In this document: piece by piece, positions 41,290-49,405 of the stretch
How positions within the stretch are numbered: the first letter of the stretch is position 1
Layout: every line of letters begins with the position of its first letter
Assembly: GCA_049841135.1 (NCBI GenBank)
Contig: JASGHK010000008.1
Location: 211,272-275,271 of the forward strand
DNA length: 64,000 nt
Direction: 5' to 3'
Source of the DNA: Myxococcales bacterium
GTDB taxonomy: Bacteria; Myxococcota; Myxococcia; Myxococcales; UBA5297
Made by a program: the position numbers and the translations under genes
Notes under the pieces: generated by a model
What the model was told of the DNA's origin: nothing
The model's database searches: none
Seen by the model: the letters and a program-made list of their open reading frames with translations, nothing else

Positions 41290-41642
41290 GCGAGCCTCCG
41301 CAGCAGTTCCGCGAGCTCGGCAACGTCGAGCCCCTCGATGCGAAGCCCGCGCGGCCCATGCACGACCAGGCGGCTCGGAACGGGAACAGCAGCGACGGGC
41401 TCGTCTTCCACGACGACTGGAGCGAGCAGCGCGCGTTCCCGCCTGCTCCACCGCCCCAGCGTCAGTGCCCCGAGCCCAAGCCGGTCCGCGGCTGCCTGGG
41501 CGCTCTCGCCCGTCGCCAGCAGGGCGCGATAGCACGCCACCGCTTCCTGTCGCAGTTCCTCAGGCAGGGGCCGCAGTCCGGACGCATGCCCGAACTGCTC
41601 CCGCTGCTGCCTGACCCGCTCCGCCCGTTGCTTCACGTCCAT
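41286..41642 (-). CDS. tnpA: IS66 Orf1 (TnpA) of copy 1
   Basis: 118 aa in the first position of the IS66 operon (MDVKQRAERVRQQREQFGHASGLRPLPEELRQEAVACYRALL...), with helix-turn-helix-like features. Confidence 0.8.
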   Translation of the reverse strand: MDVKQRAERVRQQREQFGHASGLRPLPEELRQEAVACYRALLATGESAQAAADRLGLGALTLGRWSRRERALLAPVVVEDEPVAAVPVPSRLVVHGPRGLRIEGLDVAELAELLRRLA

Positions 41643-41879
41643 CGCGCGTGCCTCCTTGGGAGTTCACGCGCGAATACCGCGGCCTGGCGAAGGCTACGAG
41701 ACGGGGACGGGCGAGGACGTACGATTCGTCCATCGATCGCGGGCGCCCCGTTGGGCCCGCTCCAGGACCTTACGGAGCAGGCTCGTGGGCGCCCAGCCCC
41801 CGTGGGGCGCTTCGTCGCCTGGGCGGGCAGGACCTCACGCCGGACGGCCCCTCCGCGCCGCGCTGCCCAGCTTTCCAAG

Positions 41880-42140
41880 GTGAGCTTGGACGGGCTGATC
41901 TCCGAGGGGAGCCTGCGCGCAGCCGTCCAGTTCCTGGTCCGGCTCGTCGAGACCGCCGGGGCGATCATCATCTTCGCGGGCGCCGCCACGGGCTTCGCCC
42001 GCTTCCTGCTGGTCGCCGCGCTGCGGCGCAACCCCTCGCTGTTCACGCCGGTCCGCCTCGACGTGGGGCGGTTCCTCGCCTTGGGGCTCGAGTTCCAGCT
42101 CGCCTCGGACCTGTTGCGCACGGCCGTGGCCCCTCCTTGA
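41880..42140 (+). pseudogene. DUF1622-like small membrane protein gene, C-terminally truncated by the tandem repeat array
   Basis: From GTG 41880 the sequence reads SLDGLISEGSLRAAVQFLVRLVETAGAIIIFAGAATGFARFLLVAALRRNPSLFTPVRLDVGRFLALGLEFQLASDLLRTAVAPP*. It matches the DUF1622 pattern (…GR.L.LGLEF.LAADI.RT…) but stops abruptly where the first repeat unit begins. Confidence 0.5.
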
Positions 42141-42662
42141 AAATCCGCCCCGCCGCGCCCGCCCGAGACCTGTCACACGCCGAGGACCTGTCCCACGTGG
42201 GACAGGTCTCTCCCTTTGGAAACTCGCCCCGCCGCGCCCGCCCGAGACCTGTCACACGCCGAGGACCTGTCCCACGTGTGCCAGGTCTCTCCCTCGGGAA
42301 ACTCGCCCCGCCGCGCTCGCCCGAGACCTGTCACACGCCGAGACCTGTCACACGCCGAGGACCTGTCACACGCCGAGGACCTGTCCCACGTGGGACAGGT
42401 CTCTCCCTCTGGAAATCGGAAATCCGCCCCGCCGCGCTCGCCCGAGACCTGCCACACGCCGAGGACCTGTCACACGTGTGGCAGGTCTCTCCCTCTGGAA
42501 ATCCGCCCCGCCGCGCTCGCCCGAGACCTGTCACACGCCGAGGACCTGTCACACGTGTGGCAGGTCTCTCCCTCTGGAAATCCGCCCCGCCGCGCTCGCC
42601 CGAGACCTGTCACACGCCGAGGACCTGTCACACGTGTGGCAGGTCTCTCCCTCTGGAAATCC
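42141..42662. repeat. Tandem array of about 79-bp units, 6.1 units on this side, each holding a CACGTG-centred near-perfect palindrome and 18-bp internal sub-repeats
   Basis: The consensus unit is GGAAATCCGCCCCGCCGCGCTCGCCCGAGACCTGTCACACGCCGAGGACCTGTCACACGTGTGGCAGGTCTCTCCCTCT. Units start at 42141, 42218, 42297 (115 bp, with two extra GACCTGTCACACGCCGAG copies), 42411 (86 bp), 42497, 42576 and 42655. The seventh unit is split by IS66 copy 2 after its first 8 bp. Confidence 0.9.
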
Positions 42663-42757
42663 GTACGTCCTCGCCCGTCCCCGTCTGGCGGAGGGCGCCA
42701 GGGGCGCGTATTCGCGCGCGCGTGCGAGGCCGGCGCCGCGCGCCGGCGGCGTAGTGG

Positions 42758-44269
42758 TCAGGGCTGGGGCACGGCGGCCGCGTGCTCGTGCGGCAGCGGC
42801 ATTGGCTGGTGCGTGAGGCGCGCGATGACCGCAGCCTTGAGGTAGGCGCGCGGGTCTACGCGGTGGAGCTTGCAGGTCTCCATCAGCGTGTACATCAGCG
42901 CCGCCACCTCAGCGCCGCGCTCGGATCGAGAGCCGTAGTGGTTCTTGCGCCCGAGCACCACGCCGCGCAGCGAGCGTTCGGCGAAGTTGTTGTCGAGCGG
43001 CACGAGCGGGTCAGCCAGGAAGACCGTCAGCCCCTTCCACTGGCCCTGCATGTACTTGATCGCCTCGGCCAGGCCGCTCGACGGCAGCACCATCGCGAGC
43101 GTCCGGTTTCCCCACCGCTCGATGTCCTCGATGACCTGGGTGGACTTCTCCGCGCGCAGACGGGCGCGCTGAGCCAGGCCCTCGGCGCCATTGGAAGCGA
43201 CCTCGCCCTCGATTCGATAGAGCTCTGCGATCAGTCCCAGGATCTCCGAGACCGGCTGCGGAAAGTTCTTCTCGACCTCCAGGAATTTTCGGCGCGCATG
43301 CGGCCAGCAAGAAGCGAGCCGGAAGCTGGGGCCGTCACGCGACTGCGCCAAGCTCGAGTAGACGCTGTAGCCGTCAGCCATCACCGTGCCGCGATAGCCG
43401 GCCAGCAGCTCGCGGGCCACCTGCGCGCCGCGCGAGGGGTCGATGTGGTGGTAGACCGCGCGGCTCGAGCAGATGGTCCAGTCGTACCACCACTCGCTGC
43501 CCTTCTCGCCGCGCGCAGCCATCTTGCGCCAGCGCGTCTCGTCGGCGTGGACCACGGCGTCTGTCAGCACCAGCGCCCGCAGCCGCGGTCGTAGCGGCTC
43601 GAGGACCGCCGCCAGCGCCTCGAGGTAGTCCCACAGCGTCTGGGAGTCGGTCACCAGTCCGTCGCGCTTCATGGCGCGGCACTGCCGCTCCAGCGGCTGG
43701 TGGTCGGTGTACTTGTCCACGGCGATGCCGATGGCGAAGTCGATGGAGTAGCGCGCCCCCTCGAAGAGCTTGAGCGGGCCGGGCGCGGTGACGATGCACT
43801 CGTTGCAGGAGCAGCGGTACTTCTGCCGCAGGTGCTTGTGCAGCTCGAAGCGGCGGTGGACGACAGTGATCTCCTCGGAGGGCTCAAACTCGCCCTTCAT
43901 CGGATTGAGCGTCCCGCCGCACTTTTCACACTGGAGCTGGTCCTCGCCGAGCGCCCAGATGCGCTCGATGGACGGCAGGGCCGGCTGCTCCCGGCGGCCG
44001 TGACCCGTCTGCGGCTTTTTCGCCGCCGAGGTCGGCTCGCCGCGGCGCTCCGACGACGAGGGCGCGAAGAGCTTCTCGTTCTGGAGCGCGAGCTGCCGCT
44101 GCAGCTTCTCGAGCTCGAGCTGCAGCGCCTTGGTGTCGCCGCCCTTGAGCGCGGTCAGCTCGGCGAGCACCTCGGCGATGCGCCGGTGCAGGTGCCGGTT
44201 CTCGGCCTCGAGGAGTATCGCCGCTTGCCGCAGCACCTCGATGTTCTTCTCGCGCTCAAGGGAGACCAA
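42758..44269 (-). CDS. tnpC: IS66-family transposase (TnpC) of copy 2
   Basis: The 503-aa product is identical to that of 39355..40866. Confidence 0.9.
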   Translation of the reverse strand: MVSLEREKNIEVLRQAAILLEAENRHLHRRIAEVLAELTALKGGDTKALQLELEKLQRQLALQNEKLFAPSSSERRGEPTSAAKKPQTGHGRREQPALPSIERIWALGEDQLQCEKCGGTLNPMKGEFEPSEEITVVHRRFELHKHLRQKYRCSCNECIVTAPGPLKLFEGARYSIDFAIGIAVDKYTDHQPLERQCRAMKRDGLVTDSQTLWDYLEALAAVLEPLRPRLRALVLTDAVVHADETRWRKMAARGEKGSEWWYDWTICSSRAVYHHIDPSRGAQVARELLAGYRGTVMADGYSVYSSLAQSRDGPSFRLASCWPHARRKFLEVEKNFPQPVSEILGLIAELYRIEGEVASNGAEGLAQRARLRAEKSTQVIEDIERWGNRTLAMVLPSSGLAEAIKYMQGQWKGLTVFLADPLVPLDNNFAERSLRGVVLGRKNHYGSRSERGAEVAALMYTLMETCKLHRVDPRAYLKAAVIARLTHQPMPLPHEHAAAVPQP

Positions 44270-44302
44270 AGCGCGACCAAGCTAACGCATGAGGGGCGAA
44301 GG

Positions 44303-44692
44303 TCAACCGCTCGCCGGGGAAGCTTTCGCCTGCGCCGCGAGCGTGAACGGCGCCGGGCTCAGCGCGACCCTGCCGACCAGCTCGCTGCCCTCCAGGAAGA
44401 GCGCCAGCTCGCTCGTCGTCATCCGCATCACCCCGTCTGGCCCCAGCCGTTTCCACGGAGCAGCGAAGAGCTGGTTCTCGAGCCGCTTGGCGAAGATGCA
44501 CAGGCCGGTGCCGTCCCAAAAGAGCACCTTTGCCCGCCGTCGGTTCTTGCTCACGAACAGGAACATGTCGCCCGAAAGCGCGTCGCGCTTGAGCTGCAGC
44601 GAGACGAGCGCGTGCAGGCTGTCGAACGACTTGCGCATGTCCGTCGGCGTTCCGCAGGCGAACACCGAGATTTGCCGAGTCGAGCCGATCAC
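44303..44692 (-). CDS. tnpB: IS66 Orf2 (TnpB) of copy 2
   Basis: It is identical in position and sequence to 40900..41289, offset by 3403 bp. Confidence 0.85.
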   Translation of the reverse strand: MIGSTRQISVFACGTPTDMRKSFDSLHALVSLQLKRDALSGDMFLFVSKNRRRAKVLFWDGTGLCIFAKRLENQLFAAPWKRLGPDGVMRMTTSELALFLEGSELVGRVALSPAPFTLAAQAKASPASG

Positions 44693-45045
44693 GCGAGCCT
44701 CCGCAGCAGTTCCGCGAGCTCGGCAACGTCGAGCCCCTCGATGCGAAGCCCGCGCGGCCCATGCACGACCAGGCGGCTCGGAACGGGAACAGCAGCGACG
44801 GGCTCGTCTTCCACGACGACTGGAGCGAGCAGCGCGCGTTCCCGCCTGCTCCACCGCCCCAGCGTCAGTGCCCCGAGCCCAAGCCGGTCCGCGGCTGCCT
44901 GGGCGCTCTCGCCCGTCGCCAGCAGGGCGCGATAGCACGCCACCGCTTCCTGTCGCAGTTCCTCAGGCAGGGGCCGCAGTCCGGACGCATGCCCGAACTG
45001 CTCCCGCTGCTGCCTGACCCGCTCCGCCCGTTGCTTCACGTCCAT
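44689..45045 (-). CDS. tnpA: IS66 Orf1 (TnpA) of copy 2
   Basis: It is identical to 41286..41642. Confidence 0.8.
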   Translation of the reverse strand: MDVKQRAERVRQQREQFGHASGLRPLPEELRQEAVACYRALLATGESAQAAADRLGLGALTLGRWSRRERALLAPVVVEDEPVAAVPVPSRLVVHGPRGLRIEGLDVAELAELLRRLA

Positions 45046-45125
45046 CGCGCGTGCCTCCTTGGGAGTTCACGCGCGAATACCGCGGCCTGGCGAAGGCTAC
45101 GAGACGGGGACGGGCGAGGACGTAC

Positions 45126-45208
45126 GGAAATCCGCCCCGCCGCGCTCGCCCGAGACCTGTCACACGCCGAGGACCTGGCACACGTGTGCCAGGTCCCTCC
45201 CTCTGGAA
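45126..45208. repeat. Distal remainder of the tandem-array unit interrupted by IS66 copy 2
   Basis: The sequence reads ggaaatccgccccgccgcgctcgcccgagacctgtcacacgccgaggacctggcacacgtgtgccaggtccctccctctggaa. It continues the unit that starts at 42655. Confidence 0.85.
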
Positions 45209-45223
45209 TTCTGGCGGCCGCAC

Positions 45224-47245
45224 TCAGCGCTCCAGCGGGGCGCGCTCGAGCACCAGCGTCGTCCACTGCTCCGTCAACGAGAGCCCCGGCACGGTGACCG
45301 AGCCGTCGGCCGCGGCCTGGACCTCTCCGCTGGCTTCGCCGAACGACCAGCGGACGCGCTCGCCAGGCAGACAGCGGAAGGACTGCGTGCGGCGCGGGGT
45401 GACGTCGACCTGGAGCGGAAGAGACCCATCGAGCCGGTCTCCGGTGGTCGGGTAGCCGGGGCGCGGGGACGGGCCGCCGGGGCCGTCCTCGGCGCGGAGC
45501 GGGAGCTCGAGCCGTTCCGGCGTGTCCACGATCTTCGTGGGATCCCAGCGCGCCGAACGGTTGATGCCCCCGGCGATCTCGCCCGACCACCCGGTGTCGC
45601 CGGCAACGGAGACCTTGCCCGCGTATCCGTTCTCGGCGTCCCAACTGCGCTTGCCGTTGCCGCTGCCGTCGCCGGGGTCGCGATCGATGGAGCAGCGAGT
45701 GAAGGCCGGGAACGCCTGGTCGCGGCGCAGGTCCTTGCCGGGATCCCAGGTTCCGAACCAATCGCCCAGGACCGGGTCCGGACGCGTGTGCCCGCCTTCA
45801 TCCCATAGCGCGAGGTGGCCGATGTGCTCCTGCTGCAAGGTCTGAAGGAACGAGTGGGCCGTGAGCGGGCTGGGCTTGACCGCTGCGCTGAAGAGGATGG
45901 TCGTGTCGTCCTTGCCGTGCCAGACCGCGAGGAACTGGTCCCGGGCCTCGGCCTGCGTCGAGAGCACCCGGGTGAGATCGAGCCAATCCCAGATGCCGAC
46001 GCCGTCGCCGCCTTCCAGGCCTTGCTCCGGCGTTCCCCAGAGTTCGGAGAGGGTCTTCATCCGGCTCGGCCGGTGATGCCTGGGGACGGTCTGCGCGGCG
46101 GTGGCCTTCACGAAGCTGAAGTGGCGCGCGTAGAGCAGACCGATCGCGAGCGCCCCGGCGCCGCCCATCGAGCCACCGTTGAGCCAGACGCGCTCTGGAT
46201 CCGCTCCGGGGTACGTGCGCAGGACGTAGTCGAGCAGGTGCATCACCCGCCGGGCCGTGTACGGCTGGACGCGGCCACCCTCCGGGCCGGCGCCCGGAAG
46301 CAGCTCCGAGTAGCCCCACCAGTAGGTGTTCATCGGGTCGTGCGGGTAGAGCCGGAACTCCTTGCTGCTCCCGACGGCGGGCCCGGGGGCGTCGGCGTCG
46401 AAGGCGTGCAGCCGCACCTGCACCGGCATCGGCGCCTCCGCGCTCGCTGCGGAGGGGACCACGAGCTCGGCCTCGAAGCTGCGGCCGGCGTAGCCGGGGC
46501 TGTCGAGGAAAGCGTCGGTCTTCTGGCGCAGCGTGACGACGCTCCAGCCGTTCCCCGCCTGGCGGCGGACCACCACTGGGTCTTCCGGATGGATCGTGTC
46601 GTCCACCACCAGCTCGAGGCTGGCCTCGGCCTGGGCAAGGCCATCGCTGGCGGTCACCTGGACCCGATAGGAGCGCCCGCCCTGGATGAAGGTGGGCCGA
46701 AAGGTGATCCGTCTCGACTGCTCGTCCCATCGCGCCCCAGGCGGCAGGCCGGCGACCCACACTCGCAGCGGGTCCTGGTCGAAGTCGGAGAGGTCCAGTC
46801 CGATGACGCTGGTCTCCTCCTCCGCGATCTCCACCCGCGCGGGAGCACGGATGACCGGAACCGAGTTGCCGACCTCGATCGAAATCGCCGGCGAGCCCAC
46901 CGCCGCGTCACCGCCCAGGGCCAGCTCGTGCGTTCCCCGGCGCAGAGCCGGCAGATCCACCACGAGCTCGTCCGGCGAGAGCCGGTGCGAAGGACAAGCC
47001 ACCCCGTCGAGGAGGACACCCGTTCCGGCTCCGAAGCCGTCTCCGTCCAGGCTCACCGCCCCAGGCACCCCGCCCGGGACGGCGGGCGGGCGCACATTGC
47101 GGAGCTGGGCCGCCGACGCCGGGTCGACAGGCCCCGCTGCGCCGGCGTCAGTCGCCGAGCCGCCAGGCGCATGCCCGCGCCCATGGCACGCGACCATCAG
47201 TAGCGACGAGAGCAGGACCGGCCATGACCCCGAACGGACGACCAT
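45224..47245 (-). CDS. Secreted protein with Ig-like/IPT N-terminal domains and an alpha/beta-hydrolase (esterase-like) C-terminal domain
   Basis: The signal peptide is MVVRSGSWPVLLSSLLMVAC. A serine-hydrolase elbow WLNGGSMGGAGA (GxSxG) is present, and the N-terminal half is rich in beta strands. Confidence 0.65.
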   Translation of the reverse strand: MVVRSGSWPVLLSSLLMVACHGRGHAPGGSATDAGAAGPVDPASAAQLRNVRPPAVPGGVPGAVSLDGDGFGAGTGVLLDGVACPSHRLSPDELVVDLPALRRGTHELALGGDAAVGSPAISIEVGNSVPVIRAPARVEIAEEETSVIGLDLSDFDQDPLRVWVAGLPPGARWDEQSRRITFRPTFIQGGRSYRVQVTASDGLAQAEASLELVVDDTIHPEDPVVVRRQAGNGWSVVTLRQKTDAFLDSPGYAGRSFEAELVVPSAASAEAPMPVQVRLHAFDADAPGPAVGSSKEFRLYPHDPMNTYWWGYSELLPGAGPEGGRVQPYTARRVMHLLDYVLRTYPGADPERVWLNGGSMGGAGALAIGLLYARHFSFVKATAAQTVPRHHRPSRMKTLSELWGTPEQGLEGGDGVGIWDWLDLTRVLSTQAEARDQFLAVWHGKDDTTILFSAAVKPSPLTAHSFLQTLQQEHIGHLALWDEGGHTRPDPVLGDWFGTWDPGKDLRRDQAFPAFTRCSIDRDPGDGSGNGKRSWDAENGYAGKVSVAGDTGWSGEIAGGINRSARWDPTKIVDTPERLELPLRAEDGPGGPSPRPGYPTTGDRLDGSLPLQVDVTPRRTQSFRCLPGERVRWSFGEASGEVQAAADGSVTVPGLSLTEQWTTLVLERAPLER

Positions 47246-47348
47246 TCGCCAGCGAAGATGGCGTCCGCCGCCGCGCTTGGCGCGCCCCCGATGAGCTTCA
47301 GCCCCGGCCCGCGGCGGCCCCCTGTCGGCCGTCCGCCGTCACGCGTGG

Positions 47349-47729
47349 TCAAGCGCAGTAGCGGCCGAGCTCGGTCAGCAGCCGGTCGAGGTTCACCGGC
47401 TTGAGCAGGAAGCGCTCGATGCCCATCGCCCGGGACCTCGCCGCGAGGTCCGCGTCTCCGGACAGAGCTACCACCGGCACGTGGGCGAGCGCGGGGTCGC
47501 GCAGCTGGGTCTCGCGGAACTGCTGGCCGTCCATCACCGGCATGCGCAGGTCGAGCAGGATCACGTCCGGGAGCGGCCCGCCGCTGCGCAGCGACCGCAG
47601 GGCCTCGGCGCCGTTGGCCGCGGTGGTGACCCGGTAGCCGCCGTCCTCGAGCACGAACTCGAGCGACCAGCGGATGTCCGCGTCGTCGTCCACGATCAGC
47701 ACCAGCCCGGTTCGGTCGGGCGCGCTCAT
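47349..47729 (-). CDS. Single-domain response regulator (CheY-like receiver)
   Basis: The sequence MSAPDRTGLVLIVDDDADIRWSLEFVLEDGGYRVTTAANGAEAL...DVILLDLRMPVMDG...LLKP carries the conserved D-D...D...T...K receiver pattern. Its ATG overlaps the histidine kinase stop (ATGA). Confidence 0.85.
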   Translation of the reverse strand: MSAPDRTGLVLIVDDDADIRWSLEFVLEDGGYRVTTAANGAEALRSLRSGGPLPDVILLDLRMPVMDGQQFRETQLRDPALAHVPVVALSGDADLAARSRAMGIERFLLKPVNLDRLLTELGRYCA

Positions 47730-49405
47730 GCCGCGCTCGGCCCCTGGAGCGGCAGCTCGACCGTGAAAGTGGTGAAGCGGTCGGGCACGCTCTCGGCGTG
47801 GATGGTGCCGCCCTGGCTCTCCACGAGGTGGCGCGCGATGTACAGCCCGAGCCCCAGGCCGCCGTAGGAGCGCGAGGACACCGCGCGGGAGAACTTCTCG
47901 AAGACGTGCGGCAGGTCCTGCGAGGCGATGCCGATGCCGTGGTCGGTCACCTGGAGGCGGGCGGTGGTGCCCGCGGGGTCGACGCCGATCTCGATGGGCC
48001 GGCCGGGCCCGAACTTGACCGCGTTGGAGAGGATGCTGGTGACGACGTGGTCGAGCTTGGCGGCGTCCCAGCGGCCCGGCAGGGTCGCGGGCGCGCGCAG
48101 GCGGATCTCGCAGCCGGCGTCGGAGAAGGCCGGCCGCAGGCGCTCGGCGACGGCGCGCACGATGGCCGCCAGGTCCGTCTCCCCCAGCTGCAGCCCGAGG
48201 TTGTCGAGGTGGATGCGCCCCACGGTGAGCATCTGGTCGACCAGCCCCGCCAGGCGCGTGCACTCGCGCTCCAGGAGCGCCCAGATGGCGTCCTGCCGCG
48301 CCGCGGGCAGGTTCGAGGCCCCGCGGCGCAGCCCCTGCTGGAGCGTGAGCAGCAGCGAGGTCACCGGCGTGCGCAGCTCGTGCGAGGCGACGGAGAGGAA
48401 CTCGTCGCGCAGGCGCACCGCCTCCTGGGCCTGCTCGAAGAGCCGCGCGTTCTCCACCGCCAGCGCGGCGCGCCGGGCGACCTCCTCGGCCAGCCCGACG
48501 CGGTGCTCGTCGAAGACGAAGTCCGGCCGGCTGGAGACGAAGGTGATGGCCCCCAGCGCGCTGCCGTGCAAGACGAGCGGGACCGCGATCAGGGAGCGCG
48601 CCCCCAGGCGCCCGATGATCTCCTTGATCCTCGCGTCGGCGCCGTGGGCGACCAGCACCTCCTCGTTCAGCTCCGACAGCATGACCGTCCGCTTGCCCTC
48701 CACCGCCCGGGCGGCCGGATACCGCCCCGCGACATGGCGCGCGGACAGCTCCTCGAGCAGCCACGCCTTGCCAGGGTCCGCGTGGCTGCCGGCGACACGG
48801 CGCAGCTGCGGGCCCTCGACCACGTCGATGACGCACCAGTCCGCCAGGAAAGGGATGGCCAGGCGAGCGAGGCGGCCGAGCGTGCCGTGGTAGTCCAGCG
48901 ACTCGGTCAGGAGCCGCGAGGCCTCGGCCAGGAAGGCGGCGGCCGCCGCCGCGCGCTGGCTGTCCGCGGCGAAGGCCTTGCTCCTGCCCAGCTCGTGCAA
49001 GAGCGTCCCGGTCACCCGGGTGTAGTCGGCGCGGGTGTTCTGCAGGTCGTGCCTCAGGCGGTCCGCCAGCCAGTCCATCTCCACGCCCTTCTCCCGGAGC
49101 GCTCCCGCCGTCTCGATCGCCCCCAGGCAGGCCTCGAGCAGGCTGCGCAGCGACGGCAGCGCCTCGGTCGGCGCGGTCAGGTGCCAGAAGAGCCGGCCGA
49201 GCCGGGTCTGCGTCACCTGCGGCGCCGGGGTGATGAGCACGCCCTGGAGGCGGTCGCGCGCGTCGGGAAGGACCTGGAAGACCTCCTGCGCGCTCTGCGC
49301 GTGGAGCGCCAGCGGACCGCCGCCCAGCAGGTGCCTCTTGGTCACGGCGCAGGCCTCGAAGCCCTCGGGCACCGGCCGGACCGAGCTCAGGAAGCGCAGG
49401 CTCAT
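47726..49405 (-). CDS. Cytoplasmic GAF-domain sensor histidine kinase
   Basis: A GAF region is followed by HisKA (LRDEFLSVASHELRTPVTSL) and HATPase_c (VTDHGIGIASQDLPHVFEKFSRA...GGLGLGLYIARHLVESQGGTIHAES). ATG 49405 overlaps the stop of the FIST gene. Confidence 0.85.
   Translation of the reverse strand: MSLRFLSSVRPVPEGFEACAVTKRHLLGGGPLALHAQSAQEVFQVLPDARDRLQGVLITPAPQVTQTRLGRLFWHLTAPTEALPSLRSLLEACLGAIETAGALREKGVEMDWLADRLRHDLQNTRADYTRVTGTLLHELGRSKAFAADSQRAAAAAAFLAEASRLLTESLDYHGTLGRLARLAIPFLADWCVIDVVEGPQLRRVAGSHADPGKAWLLEELSARHVAGRYPAARAVEGKRTVMLSELNEEVLVAHGADARIKEIIGRLGARSLIAVPLVLHGSALGAITFVSSRPDFVFDEHRVGLAEEVARRAALAVENARLFEQAQEAVRLRDEFLSVASHELRTPVTSLLLTLQQGLRRGASNLPAARQDAIWALLERECTRLAGLVDQMLTVGRIHLDNLGLQLGETDLAAIVRAVAERLRPAFSDAGCEIRLRAPATLPGRWDAAKLDHVVTSILSNAVKFGPGRPIEIGVDPAGTTARLQVTDHGIGIASQDLPHVFEKFSRAVSSRSYGGLGLGLYIARHLVESQGGTIHAESVPDRFTTFTVELPLQGPSAA

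Larger units (their letters stand above)
39260..41722 (-). mobile_element. IS66-family insertion sequence, copy 1, 2463 bp, with an 8-bp target-site duplication GATTCGTC
   Basis: The terminal inverted repeats are GTACGTCCTCGCCCGTCCCCGTCT (left) and its complement (right). The target-site duplication gattcgtc sits at 39252-39259 and 41723-41730. The element carries tnpA-tnpB-tnpC in the classic IS66 order. It is 99.9% identical to copy 2, which is offset by 3403 bp. Confidence 0.9.
42663..45125 (-). mobile_element. IS66-family insertion sequence, copy 2, 2463 bp, with an 8-bp target-site duplication GGAAATCC; it is inserted inside a unit of the tandem array
   Basis: It has the same terminal inverted repeats as copy 1. 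The target-site duplication ggaaatcc sits at 42655-42662 and 45126-45133 and is the first 8 bp of a repeat unit. It encodes tnpA 44689..45045, tnpB 44303..44692 and the transposase 42758..44269, all on the minus strand. It differs from copy 1 by only a few SNPs, for example F/L and S/G changes in alternate-frame translations. Confidence 0.9.

Noticed and set aside
42141-42662. The tandem repeat array read as a CRISPR array
   Set aside because: The units are directly adjacent with no unique spacers, and the unit length (79 bp) and internal structure are unlike CRISPR repeats. No cas genes are nearby.
42173-42845. Short ORFs encoding repeated peptides (…RDLSHAEDLSHV…) across the array
   Set aside because: They are translations of the tandem DNA repeat in both strands and several frames. 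They show no start or ribosome-binding context and their periodicity only mirrors the DNA repeat.
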